From positions 1 through 64,000 of IMG/VR virus record IMGVR_UViG_3300029288_003518: a stretch of 64,000 nt of DNA. One strand, given 5' to 3'. The stretch's first letter is position 1. Each line of letters starts with the position of its first letter. Below the pieces are notes generated by a model. It saw only the letters and a program-made list of their open reading frames with translations, was not told the DNA's origin and searched no databases. Made by a program: the position numbers and the translations under genes. The stretch comes from a virus (lineage: Duplodnaviria; Caudoviricetes). Positions 24,874 to 34,998 of the stretch are shown piece by piece.

Positions 24874-26909
24874 TTAACTTCCTTTATCATGTGCTTAAAT
24901 TTGTCTTTATTATCTAATACATACCGCGGAAAAGATTCGTCAAGAGGAGCAATAGAATAAGTTTCTTCTTCTCTACCAAATACATCCTTACCTTCATTAA
25001 CTAATCTCTCTATCCTCGCGCGATCTAAAATATCAGGCCTATTAAATTCCTGATGAGCATATGCCTTTATCTTTTCCATAATGGCATCAATTCCCCCCTG
25101 GAAACTAAAATGCCATCCCGCATCAGGGATGCTAGGTAAACTATCTATATGATGATATTGGAGAGACCCCGGAGAGTACCTGACGGAACAAGGAGTCATT
25201 GCATACTGCCTAAAGAATGATACCGGGACAATAAGGCTTTCTTGCCACTTACCACCCGGACTCAAGCTTTGACTAGAAATATAATTTAAGAAATAGAAAC
25301 ATGAACTTAATTCCAACTTACATAAGCCCATATGACGCCTATAGTTTCTGACAGTCTTAGCATTGGTTATCTCATCAGCATCCCCTAGTATAAGTATATC
25401 ATATTCTCTAACATTATTCAAGCCTTTTGTTATAGAATCTCTTTGGAATCTTTCTCTACTCCAAGATGAATCATAAGCCCCGGGGATATATTCAGGCCAT
25501 TCAGATACTACAATATGTTTGATCTTAGGAAGAAACTTTGAAAATCTTTGTTTATTCTCATTAAAATAAAGAGGTTTTGGTTTTCCCTGGTGTGTTTCAG
25601 TTCCTTCCACCAGGACGAAGTAATCCACTTCCTTATCTAACTCGTTTAATCTTATCTCTAATTGGTCCAGCTCATTACAAAAAGGGAAACAATCATAGAC
25701 ATAAGGTTTATCTATATACCATATATTATTCCAATTAGTAAGGACTAGATGGCCAAACTCATCCCCCAGGGCCCTTGCCACTGCTTCCCATAATACATCA
25801 TGACCGGCTAGGAGTCCGCCACTCTTTACTTTTGGCCACCAATCTTGTACATCCTGCCTAACGCATTCATAAGTGTGCTCGGCATCTATAAACACAAAAT
25901 CAAAGTATTTGTCTTCAAAATGGGTACTGGCTTCATGAGAGCTCATACATAGAACCTGAGGATGTAGATCGAATCTTCTCATTGTATCCAGAAATGCCAC
26001 CTTAACATCATCCTTCTTAAAGTAATCCTCCAAGCCTATACCACTGACAAAGGGATCAACCGCCACCACAGTTATGTTCTTTGCCTTGATTATATCGGCT
26101 ACACTAGCTAGTGACCTGCCCTTAAAACAACCTAATTCCGCGACAACCCCATTTACCGGTACCCTATTCTTAAAGAAGTCCCTATAGGTGTCTATATCGT
26201 GTTCAGCAAAAAAACCTTCTGGGTATAATGGATATCTCTTTTTAACGATCTCGGTATTTCTTACCAGCAGTTCATTAACTCCCCCGACATCCCGAAGCGT
26301 TACTTCCCCCTTGTGGAATATAGGAAAACCTCCTAACATAAAATTAGGGGCATAATATTGGTAGGTAGAGTTAGGTACCTGTACTAACTTATAACCAGCA
26401 TCCGTTGCCCTAAAACAGTAATCGACATCTTCTCCGAACCCTGGATTAAATATCTCATCTAATAATCCCAATTCTTCGAATAGTCTCCTCCTAACAGCAA
26501 CACAGAAGAAGATGAGGAACTTTCTACCAGTACTTTCCCAGTCTATCATCATTGGTCCAGTAATACCGACCTTGGGATCCTCAAAAGGTTTTAATAGCAT
26601 TTCTATCCAGTTGTTTATCCCCTGGTCCAAAAGCACTGTATCATTACTAAGTAGGATTATATATTCCCCCGTTGCCACCTTAATACCGTCATTTGTCCCT
26701 ATGGTGAATCCGGTAGGCTTATCACTCCATACTAGCTTAAAGTGCTCACCTAGTGACTCTACGTAGGCCCTAGTGCCATCAGTACAGCCGTTGGCTGATA
26801 CTATAACCTCTACATCTTTTAGGTCTGTAAACTTAATAATGCTCTCAATGCAGGGCTTAAGCAAATCCTCGCAATGATTATAACTAGGGATAACTATCGA
26901 TATCTTCAT
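24870..26909 (-). CDS. tri-domain GT2 + SAM methyltransferase + GT17-like glycosyltransferase
   Basis: SIVIPSYN/LSNDT/GEDVD; ELGCFKGRS/FIDAEHTY/LAGHD; YDCFPFCNELDQLEIRL/ERFQRD/DADEI/GWHFS. Confidence 0.88.
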   Translation of the reverse strand: MKISIVIPSYNHCEDLLKPCIESIIKFTDLKDVEVIVSANGCTDGTRAYVESLGEHFKLVWSDKPTGFTIGTNDGIKVATGEYIILLSNDTVLLDQGINNWIEMLLKPFEDPKVGITGPMMIDWESTGRKFLIFFCVAVRRRLFEELGLLDEIFNPGFGEDVDYCFRATDAGYKLVQVPNSTYQYYAPNFMLGGFPIFHKGEVTLRDVGGVNELLVRNTEIVKKRYPLYPEGFFAEHDIDTYRDFFKNRVPVNGVVAELGCFKGRSLASVADIIKAKNITVVAVDPFVSGIGLEDYFKKDDVKVAFLDTMRRFDLHPQVLCMSSHEASTHFEDKYFDFVFIDAEHTYECVRQDVQDWWPKVKSGGLLAGHDVLWEAVARALGDEFGHLVLTNWNNIWYIDKPYVYDCFPFCNELDQLEIRLNELDKEVDYFVLVEGTETHQGKPKPLYFNENKQRFSKFLPKIKHIVVSEWPEYIPGAYDSSWSRERFQRDSITKGLNNVREYDILILGDADEITNAKTVRNYRRHMGLCKLELSSCFYFLNYISSQSLSPGGKWQESLIVPVSFFRQYAMTPCSVRYSPGSLQYHHIDSLPSIPDAGWHFSFQGGIDAIMEKIKAYAHQEFNRPDILDRARIERLVNEGKDVFGREEETYSIAPLDESFPRYVLDNKDKFKHMIKEVK

Positions 26910-27856
26910 TACTTTCCTTTATTTGCTATTGCTGAATAATAGTCTATGGCCAGCTTAAGGCCCATATCCAGAGGGACTTTGGGATCCCATCCTATTTTTC
27001 TAAGCTTTGTGGAATCTATATACTGTTTCTCAATCTCTTTGAAATGTTTTGATTTCTGGAATAATTTAATATCCTTAACCGGATCCTTCCCCATCAGCTC
27101 ACATATATCAGTAATAAGATCTATCATTGAGCAATGCTCTGTCCCCCCGCAACAATAAACTTCACCACTCTTACCGTTTCTTGATGCAGTAACAAACGCG
27201 TTTGCTACATCAGTAATAAATACAAATTCTCTTATATAATCCGAGGCTCCCTCAAAAAGAAGTGCGGGTTCTCCCTGGGCAAGTCTCATAATGGTATTAG
27301 GTATGATCCTTGAAAGATTCGGATCACCAGGACCGTATACATTAGAAGAGGCTATAACTTTGGTAGGAACACCATAATTATGAAAATAGCTTAATGTGAT
27401 CATCTGCTGACATGCCTTGGATGTCTCATAGGTATATAAAGGATTCAGTGGGGTCTTCTCTGTATACGGAATTGGAGCATGTCCGAAAGCTTTATCACTT
27501 GTTGACACTACTATGCTTTTTACGGTATCACCGGAGTTCCTACAGGCTTCAAGGAGAGACACGGTTCCCATAACATTAATGTCATAGGTTGTATAGGGAT
27601 CGTTAGCGCAAGTCCTCACTATTGCTTGTGCGGCGCAATGAAAGACTTCCTCGATCTCATAATCCGCTATGACTCTTCTTACAAAATCATAATCCCTTAT
27701 ATCCCCCTTGACAAAGATATCCGGACTATGTATCTTATCCCTTCTCCTATTCTCATCTCTTTCGATACCAACTACTACATCTCCACCTGATTTCAGAAGT
27801 CCAGTTATTGCTCCACCAAGAAAACCCGTGTGACCAGTAACTAATGTGTTCTTCAT
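26909..27856 (-). CDS. NDP-sugar 4,6-dehydratase (RfbG/Gmd-like SDR)
   Basis: TGHTGFLG, HCAAQAIV, TSDKA, YETSK, NVYGPGD. Confidence 0.85.
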   Translation of the reverse strand: MKNTLVTGHTGFLGGAITGLLKSGGDVVVGIERDENRRRDKIHSPDIFVKGDIRDYDFVRRVIADYEIEEVFHCAAQAIVRTCANDPYTTYDINVMGTVSLLEACRNSGDTVKSIVVSTSDKAFGHAPIPYTEKTPLNPLYTYETSKACQQMITLSYFHNYGVPTKVIASSNVYGPGDPNLSRIIPNTIMRLAQGEPALLFEGASDYIREFVFITDVANAFVTASRNGKSGEVYCCGGTEHCSMIDLITDICELMGKDPVKDIKLFQKSKHFKEIEKQYIDSTKLRKIGWDPKVPLDMGLKLAIDYYSAIANKGK

Positions 27857-27859
27857 TGA

Positions 27860-28399
27860 TTAATCCCTTCCTCGTAATATATCATGACATTTCTTACATA
27901 AAGTTTTCCCGTTATTAATATTCCACAGTTCTGCACATGCTAAGGCAGCTTCAAGAGTTTTAATCCCATATTCCTTAAGTATAATATAAAACCTTTTTAT
28001 ATGATGTGCCTCTAGATAAACGGTTTTACCATTACCACCAGTTTCTCCACATTCTTGGCAAGTGAAGTTATCTTTAGTAAAAACATCAGATCTCCATTGC
28101 CTATATTCAAAAGAATGTCTTATCTGATCATTTAATGGAGTTATCCCACCCTTCCAGTTTGGATGGTTTTCCCCGCAATTATCAATCATCCATTCTTCTG
28201 TGTGTTTAAAACAACCTGTTTTTCCTTTATTCCAGGGAGCCATTCCCTTTTTGAATTCTGTGTGCAGAGAATTATGCTTACCCTCTCTAATTTTACTCCA
28301 TAATGATTTAGTCTTCTGAGAAAATGATTTACCCTTATTCCACGATGGCACACCTTTCTTAAATTTTCCTTCTTTATCCTGCCATTTGCGTGTTCTCAT
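27860..28399 (-). mobile_element. free-standing HNH homing endonuclease with NUMOD-type repeats
   Basis: PSWNKG/PWNKG repeats, NHPNWKGG, CQECG...EAHHIK...NGKTLCKKCH. Confidence 0.85.
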
Positions 28400-28400
28400 T

Positions 28401-29489
28401 CTATCTCCTTATATTATCTGTTCTATTACGATGATTCATTATATCCATTAATTGGCTAACTACAGAGTCATCTAAATTATCTACAACCATTGGCTGGAGT
28501 TTTTCGAGATAATAATCAAACTTATTTCTATCTGTCAGTAGCTCCATTACCTTATTTTTTATTTCATCTTGCGTTGATTCATTAGTTATCGAACTCTTGT
28601 TATTAGTCATCTCTGCTGCTACACCCTTAACTTGAGGATGTGCAACAAACATACTATCTCTATATAATAGCGGTAAAATTCCGCTGAATAGGGATTCCTG
28701 AATAGATCCGGCAAACATCACCGGTATTGTAACCGAACACTTATGGAGTTCCCTAGTGTACTCAGGAAAGGACAGAGAAGGATGCATAGTTACCTTATCC
28801 AACTCCTTAAGTTTATCATACACCCCTAACTTCATTACACGTGGAAAGTTCTCTGGATTGAACTCATGACATGAAAATATGGATAAAGAAGATCCTGTTT
28901 CTTTACAGGCATCTACTGTGGCGAATAAGTGCCTAGCTGCAGATTCACTATAACCTAATGGTACATTAGAAGCAAATGCTTCCTTAGCTACCCAGCCGAC
29001 CCTCTTGTTATCAAACTTGCTTTTGCCCATTCCTTTTCCGAACGGTTGGGCAAGAAGAAAACATCTATCTTTGAAATTTATAGGGAAGGGAATAGTCGGA
29101 AGGTCATCCCTGGTCCATCTGGCAACATAGTCATTGTCCTTGAAGAATCCATCCCTCATTACTTCACCCTTCCAGCCGATCACTCCCCAGACATATTTAT
29201 CGGCATTGATATAGTGGGATTCTTCTTGTCTGGTAAGCCAGGAAGTAAATATAGCTACATCAAAATGGGCCTTACACAACTTTCTTTTCTCATATGCCTG
29301 TATCATCAACACATTGTCAGGGACTTGACAATCTCCCCAAGAACATAATTCCATATCAGGGGCCATAACAATCCTATGCCCATAATCCTTTAAACATCGG
29401 GCAAGACTAAGAGCCCATCTTCCCTCTCCCTTACTAGAAGAATCTAGTCCGTTTCTTACCTGCCCACATAAGCCTATAAACACGTCCAT
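28401..29489 (-). CDS. putative divergent GT-B glycosyltransferase
   Basis: Size, operon context, GEGRW N-terminal loop, ESLFSGILP motif. Confidence 0.5.
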   Translation of the reverse strand: MDVFIGLCGQVRNGLDSSSKGEGRWALSLARCLKDYGHRIVMAPDMELCSWGDCQVPDNVLMIQAYEKRKLCKAHFDVAIFTSWLTRQEESHYINADKYVWGVIGWKGEVMRDGFFKDNDYVARWTRDDLPTIPFPINFKDRCFLLAQPFGKGMGKSKFDNKRVGWVAKEAFASNVPLGYSESAARHLFATVDACKETGSSLSIFSCHEFNPENFPRVMKLGVYDKLKELDKVTMHPSLSFPEYTRELHKCSVTIPVMFAGSIQESLFSGILPLLYRDSMFVAHPQVKGVAAEMTNNKSSITNESTQDEIKNKVMELLTDRNKFDYYLEKLQPMVVDNLDDSVVSQLMDIMNHRNRTDNIRR

Positions 29490-30340
29490 TAGTATTTCTC
29501 TTCTGGGTGTAACTTTTCAAAGTAGTATTTCCAGTATGCCCGAAGCTCATTCATTAATCTCTGCGGAGGTTCATCGGGAGTATCCTTGACCTTATACAGA
29601 TAGTCCTTAATCTCCTTATTCATATTACCCTTAACCATTATAGCATTAAAATCGCTGAATACTTTAACATCTGGATATACCTTTAAAACTAAATTCCTAA
29701 GCTCATGCCACTCTGATGGTTTATATCCTTCAGTGGCGCCGGTTAACCAAACCCCCGCGATCCACCAGTTACGGCAAGCATTACGATAGCTGTCCTCGTC
29801 GGACTTAACATGGTAATATGTTTCTTGCCGGCGGATAGTCCTGCCATTCTTATACCCAACCAGACACTGGTGAAGATCTACCATATATCTCATTGTCGGC
29901 TGGTACAAATAAAAGATCTGCCTATAGTAGTCTACCGGACCATTGTCGCTTACTATGGTTCCCTTATTATCTACTTCTATTGGATGACATTTGAATTCAA
30001 CACAGGAATAAGTTCTACCATTGTCAGAATTATTAATTATGTCTCTCAGGGATTTTAATAACTGTTCACTCGGGAGTTCATCATCATCACAGAGGAGAAC
30101 CCACCCTTCACCTATATACTTTAGGTATTCATTATATTGATTAGCGAAGCTATCATCCCACTGTCTCTGTGTTACAAATATCTTTTCAGAATATCTCTCG
30201 AGCCACTCCTTACTGCCGTCAACACTGTAACCGTCAACCACCACAATCCTATCGACATAGTTCACCACCTTGGGTATATTACGTTTTAAATTCTCTATCC
30301 GGTTCTGTGTTACACAAACAAAAGTAATCTTATCTGACAT
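29489..30340 (-). CDS. GT2-like glycosyltransferase
   Basis: VVDGYSVDGS, W.DSFANQYN, LCDDDE; paralog of 32500-33393. Confidence 0.82.
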   Translation of the reverse strand: MSDKITFVCVTQNRIENLKRNIPKVVNYVDRIVVVDGYSVDGSKEWLERYSEKIFVTQRQWDDSFANQYNEYLKYIGEGWVLLCDDDELPSEQLLKSLRDIINNSDNGRTYSCVEFKCHPIEVDNKGTIVSDNGPVDYYRQIFYLYQPTMRYMVDLHQCLVGYKNGRTIRRQETYYHVKSDEDSYRNACRNWWIAGVWLTGATEGYKPSEWHELRNLVLKVYPDVKVFSDFNAIMVKGNMNKEIKDYLYKVKDTPDEPPQRLMNELRAYWKYYFEKLHPEEKY

Positions 30341-30352
30341 AGATCTCCTATA

Positions 30353-30922
30353 TTATAAATCAATCCACCAATCGAATATCCCCCCATGACACTCAAAACC
30401 TTTTTGGGTGAAGTATGGCTTACCGATCTTGGAAGAAAACTCCTCTACGGCCTGGCGCACGCCTGGACAAGAAGGGTTATCAAAATCATGCCCACTCAAT
30501 ACCCCACCTTTCTTTATCTTATTATACCATATATTTATATCTTTTTCAACATATTTATAATCATGATTTGCATCTATGTAAACAAAGTCTAACTCTTTAT
30601 CCCTAAACATCTTACATGCGTTCTCGGAAGTATCCCTTATAAACTGGACATTTGGCCTATTCTGGAATATTCCACTTATCCATATATATATCTCAGTCCA
30701 GTCTTCTCTTGACCGGCCGCCAAATTCATCGTAGGGATCAATCATATAATACATCCGAGGTTTAAGATTTCGCAAGCAATATTCCGCTGTTTCCCCAAGA
30801 TAGATACCTATCTCTGCCCCACAAATATCACTCCCAAGTTTCTCCTGGATGTGTAGATAAGCTGGGCGCATAATGAAGCCCTTAGTATTAATGTCTCTAA
30901 GATATAATGATTTATCTATCAT
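30353..30922 (-). CDS. class I SAM methyltransferase (Methyltransf_24-like)
   Basis: AEIGIYLG, DFVYIDANHDY, GGVLSGHD. Confidence 0.88.
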   Translation of the reverse strand: MIDKSLYLRDINTKGFIMRPAYLHIQEKLGSDICGAEIGIYLGETAEYCLRNLKPRMYYMIDPYDEFGGRSREDWTEIYIWISGIFQNRPNVQFIRDTSENACKMFRDKELDFVYIDANHDYKYVEKDINIWYNKIKKGGVLSGHDFDNPSCPGVRQAVEEFSSKIGKPYFTQKGFECHGGIFDWWIDL

Positions 30923-31902
30923 AGGTTAAAATCCTTGATTACTTGATCTCTCCATTTAGAATGACCATATTTTTCTCCAAACTTCCAGTCTATGGGTTTA
31001 TCCCTTGGGTATAACTTCTCCAGCTGATCGCTCAAGAAAACACCGTTATACCATTGTGGGTACATTTTTTCTCTCTGGTTTGCATCGTTGACTCCTCGCC
31101 AGATATCTTCCCTTCTTCTGTGGCGCAATGAATCATACGTTCCCTTGTCCAGACCAAACATAATCGGGGGATTATTGTCGTGATCAGTAAACCTTGCAGC
31201 ACTAACATATTCCGGGTTAGGTTCACCACTATTACCTTTACCGTCGAGAGATGGTAACCACATCTCATTAAATATTGTTCCTTCTACCATAACGGAGAAA
31301 TATCCTTTTCCAAAAACACTGCCAACAAAACCCGTATCGGAAGCCGTAGTCTGTACATTCTCGTCCCAGTTTCCAACTTCTTCGTACACGCTTCTTCGAA
31401 TACCTATATGTAGAGTTGTTCCGGATCCTCTGGTTAGGGCCACCTTGCTCCCCCCTGGCGAAATATAAACACCGGGTCCATCTGCAATTCTGGGAGTTAC
31501 ATTTACTACCCCAACATAGGGAAGGTCCAGGGCTGCTTTCATATTCTTAAGAAAGCTAGAAGTCATATAGGTATCAGTATTAAACTCCAGTAAGTATTCT
31601 GAGCTGGAGGCGTCCTTGCATCGGTTCATTGCTTTAGCAAGCCCCACATTCCCGCCAAGGTTGAAGATCATTGTGCTTACTCTATCCTTGAGGGAATCAA
31701 ATAAAATCTTCTGGCTTTCCCTGGAACTGCCATCATCGTGCAGAACAATCTCTACTGGCATATCAGCGTAATTATGGATACTATCTACACACTTAATTGC
31801 GTACCGTGGCCTTCCCAATTCGGGAAGCAATATAGAGAAATAAGGAGGGAAGAAGTGGTCTATACTAAGCTTTTTATTTAACTCCGCTCTATCTGCTATC
31901 AA
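30919..31902 (-). CDS. GT2 glycosyltransferase
   Basis: HDDGS, NVGLAKAMN, FNTD. Confidence 0.8.
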   Translation of the reverse strand: MIADRAELNKKLSIDHFFPPYFSILLPELGRPRYAIKCVDSIHNYADMPVEIVLHDDGSSRESQKILFDSLKDRVSTMIFNLGGNVGLAKAMNRCKDASSSEYLLEFNTDTYMTSSFLKNMKAALDLPYVGVVNVTPRIADGPGVYISPGGSKVALTRGSGTTLHIGIRRSVYEEVGNWDENVQTTASDTGFVGSVFGKGYFSVMVEGTIFNEMWLPSLDGKGNSGEPNPEYVSAARFTDHDNNPPIMFGLDKGTYDSLRHRRREDIWRGVNDANQREKMYPQWYNGVFLSDQLEKLYPRDKPIDWKFGEKYGHSKWRDQVIKDFNL

Positions 31903-32507
31903 TTATCCTCCTTTATAATATATCCTATTCCGTATCCAGAATTATCATGTAAAGGGGAAAAGAAGTCCCTCTTGGGTCCTTTAAAATCATCCCACCATCC
32001 ACCGCATTTTCTATCACCTGTACCACCTTCTTGCTTCATATTAAGATCATGCACGCCTATAATTCCACCAGTTCTCACTAACGGAGAATACATTTTATAG
32101 TCTAGATCACATCCACCGTAGGTGTGGTCTCCGTCGATGAATAATACGTCTATAGGTTTACCACCTAACTCGCTAACAAGCCTATCCCTTGTGGACTTAA
32201 GATGGCTATCCCCATCAATAAGCCTTACGGAGCACTCCGCAGAATTAAGGTCCCAACCAAACTTTTTCCAAATACACCAATCCATGTCTATTCCAACAAC
32301 TAAACCATCACTACTTGTAATTAGAGTACTAAGTATTTTAAGAGTTCCTCCAGCATAAACTCCTATCTCAACAATAACCTTGGGATTAATTCTCCTGCAG
32401 GTTTCCCAAAACCAAGTTATTTCTTTATAATCTTGACTAGAATTATATCTACATTTTAAATCCAATATAACTTCTTCTTGAGTCATTACCCCTCCCCCGC
32501 TATGCAT
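31899..32507 (-). CDS. class I SAM methyltransferase (Methyltransf_24-like)
   Basis: VEIGVYAGGT, IDVLFIDGDHTY, GGIIGVHD. Confidence 0.88.
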   Translation of the reverse strand: MHSGGGVMTQEEVILDLKCRYNSSQDYKEITWFWETCRRINPKVIVEIGVYAGGTLKILSTLITSSDGLVVGIDMDWCIWKKFGWDLNSAECSVRLIDGDSHLKSTRDRLVSELGGKPIDVLFIDGDHTYGGCDLDYKMYSPLVRTGGIIGVHDLNMKQEGGTGDRKCGGWWDDFKGPKRDFFSPLHDNSGYGIGYIIKEDN

Positions 32508-33393
32508 GCAATACTACAGGTTTCCTATTAGCATCATATTCCACATCCTTATTACTAAGTCCGGATATATTTTCTTCCGGATGCAGAAACATAAAGTAAG
32601 ACACAAACCAAGACCGGGCCTCGGGATTCTCATCTTCTTTATGTTCAATAAACCATTGTTTGAACGAGGAATATATATTTCCTTTTTGCATATATTCCAA
32701 AAATTGATAAAAGTATACAAATCCAGCGTCAGAGGCCATCTTCTTAAAGACTAGCCAGTTTGGATCATCATTCCTATTATTGGCAACAGCACAGGTGGTC
32801 CAGTAGTTCCTACATGCTCTAATAAACTGGTCTGCCCAAGGCTTAATGTGGTAATACTGATATTCAGTTTTCATACATCTATCTTTTGCCCCAGGGCGGT
32901 AAAGAGCAACGTGGGTATGCCCGGTATATTTCATCCCGGGGGTAGATTTAAAGTATAGTCTATTATAATAGTTGGATAATGAATCATAGATACCACCCTC
33001 AAGATCTGTCTGTATATCGTGCGCTCTAAAAGCAACACCATCGCACCCGTGGTCCTCTGCTTCCTTAGCCAAATATCTTAGCTTAAAGAGGGCTGGTGTC
33101 TCAAGTAATTCATCACAGTCCAGAACCAGCGCCCACCCACCATTAACAAGATCAAGATATTTATTGCGCTGCTCTGGGGGGTTATCTTTCCAGGGATGAA
33201 CATAGCACTCAACCTTAAGATCCTTACACTCCTGAGAATTGAAGAACTCTACCGAACCATCGGTAGAGCCCCCATCTATAATTATTGTCCTGTCTACATG
33301 AGGGCAGTGATTTCTTACCCAGATCCTGCTCTCGTCCAGCCTATTGAATGAGACCATACAGAGGGTTACTTTGATATTAGGTTGTGCCCCCAT
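32500..33393 (-). CDS. GT2-like glycosyltransferase
   Basis: IIDGGSTDGS, QRN, LDCDE. Confidence 0.82.
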   Translation of the reverse strand: MGAQPNIKVTLCMVSFNRLDESRIWVRNHCPHVDRTIIIDGGSTDGSVEFFNSQECKDLKVECYVHPWKDNPPEQRNKYLDLVNGGWALVLDCDELLETPALFKLRYLAKEAEDHGCDGVAFRAHDIQTDLEGGIYDSLSNYYNRLYFKSTPGMKYTGHTHVALYRPGAKDRCMKTEYQYYHIKPWADQFIRACRNYWTTCAVANNRNDDPNWLVFKKMASDAGFVYFYQFLEYMQKGNIYSSFKQWFIEHKEDENPEARSWFVSYFMFLHPEENISGLSNKDVEYDANRKPVVLHA

Positions 33394-34575
33394 TTATACC
33401 TTTCTAGATAAAATATACTCTTTTATCTTTCCGGCCATATACAAAAGATCATCGTTGTTTAGCCCTTGCCAGACACCAATAAACAATGAATCTCTCATCA
33501 GTTTATCTGCCACGGGATAGTCTTTCTCATATTGTTTAAATGGTGTATGTCTAGTTATGTTACCAGCAAAGAAAGGCCTTGTCCTTATGTTATTGGCTTC
33601 GAGGTATTCACTAAACTCATTCCTATTCATTCTGGTATCTTTGAATGTTAATATCAATCCAAACCAGCTGGGCTTAGCGTGATTCACTATCTTGATATCA
33701 ATGAAATGATTTTGTACTGGCTTAAGAGCCTTCTTGAGGAAGTTATAGTTTTCTATCCTTCTCTTAGAAAAACCATCTAATTTCTTAAGCTGTTCTCTCC
33801 CGAAGGCCGCATTAGCTTCCGGTAATTTCATATTAAACCCAAGAGTTTGATAAGTGTAATGCTTGTAATACTTTACTCCACCAATCTCTCCGGAGTATTT
33901 TGTCTTATTGTCTCCAAGGTATTGATCATCCCAATTATGGATCTTACCCCAATCTCTAAGTGATCTTAGCTCTAGCGCCAGGTCCTTGTCGTTAGTTGTT
34001 ATCATCCCACCACCGCCAAGAGCAGTAATCTGATGGGCTGGATAGAAAGAGAAAGTTCCCAGCTTACCAAAACTTCCTACGTACTTAGTACCGATTTTTG
34101 ATCCAACTGCTTCGCAGCAGTCTTCTATAATAGCTACCCCAAGTTTATCAGCTTTAGCCATAATTCTGTTCATATCCACAGGACTCCCCATCGTATGCGC
34201 AAAAATAGCAGCCTTAACATTTGGGAGCTGATCAATAACCATATCTACATTTATGTTATGCGTGTTAATATCATAATCTACCAGCACTGGTTCAAGACCG
34301 CAATGAAGTATTGGCGCAAGAGTTGCGGGAAAGCCACAGGAGCTAGATAGAACCTTACTTCCTTTTGGAAGATTAAGGGCCTTTAAAGATAAGAGATTCG
34401 CGCTACTCCCAGAGTTTACACATATCGCATATTTAGTTCCAATAAACTTAGCAAACTCCTTCTCAAATTCTTCATTCTCATTTCCACTGGCGAGCCAGTA
34501 ACCGCTCATAATCCTATTTACTGCAGCAATCTCTTCTTTACCAAAGTCTACTTTAGCAAAATCTAACATTCTCAT
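33394..34575 (-). CDS. DegT-family PLP/PMP enzyme with active-site His (RfbH/ColD-like 3-dehydratase)
   Basis: NSGSSANLL, EDCCEA.GS, FSFYPAHQIT, RDWG, RPFFAGNI. Confidence 0.85.
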   Translation of the reverse strand: MRMLDFAKVDFGKEEIAAVNRIMSGYWLASGNENEEFEKEFAKFIGTKYAICVNSGSSANLLSLKALNLPKGSKVLSSSCGFPATLAPILHCGLEPVLVDYDINTHNINVDMVIDQLPNVKAAIFAHTMGSPVDMNRIMAKADKLGVAIIEDCCEAVGSKIGTKYVGSFGKLGTFSFYPAHQITALGGGGMITTNDKDLALELRSLRDWGKIHNWDDQYLGDNKTKYSGEIGGVKYYKHYTYQTLGFNMKLPEANAAFGREQLKKLDGFSKRRIENYNFLKKALKPVQNHFIDIKIVNHAKPSWFGLILTFKDTRMNRNEFSEYLEANNIRTRPFFAGNITRHTPFKQYEKDYPVADKLMRDSLFIGVWQGLNNDDLLYMAGKIKEYILSRKV

Positions 34576-34602
34576 ATTTCTAATCTCCCTTTCATAAAGT
34601 TA

Positions 34603-34998
34603 TTATACAAATCCTCTTATCTTAGCTGGAACACCAAAAGCTATTACATTTGGAGGGATGTTCTCTTTTACAAAACTGAAGGCTCCCACTACCGAGTTCT
34701 CCCCCACGGTTACTCCAGGCATTACAACGGAATGGGTCCCTATCTTGCAGTTCTTCTTTAATACTACCGGACCATGAGTATTATCTATTGTTGAATTCGA
34801 ATAGATAGAACAATGTGAACCAATCTGGACATAGTCCTCAATTGTAACCCCATAACTGGCATTGATATACGTAAACTGTCCAATGTCTATCTTAGTTCCT
34901 AACTTAAAATTCTTCTTATATTGGATTATCCAGTTATATTTATTGGGACGGTTTTCTGTAAGTGGAGGTTTCTCCCAGTGCTTAAATCTTTCTTCCAT
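34603..34998 (-). CDS. hexapeptide-repeat acetyltransferase
   Basis: Left-handed beta-helix repeats; PGVTVGENSVVGA; GVPAK. Confidence 0.88.
   Translation of the reverse strand: MEERFKHWEKPPLTENRPNKYNWIIQYKKNFKLGTKIDIGQFTYINASYGVTIEDYVQIGSHCSIYSNSTIDNTHGPVVLKKNCKIGTHSVVMPGVTVGENSVVGAFSFVKENIPPNVIAFGVPAKIRGFV

Noticed and set aside
27856-28401. Group I intron around the HNH gene (likewise 53006-53407)
   Set aside because: The flanking genes are intact and there is no non-coding space for intron structure.
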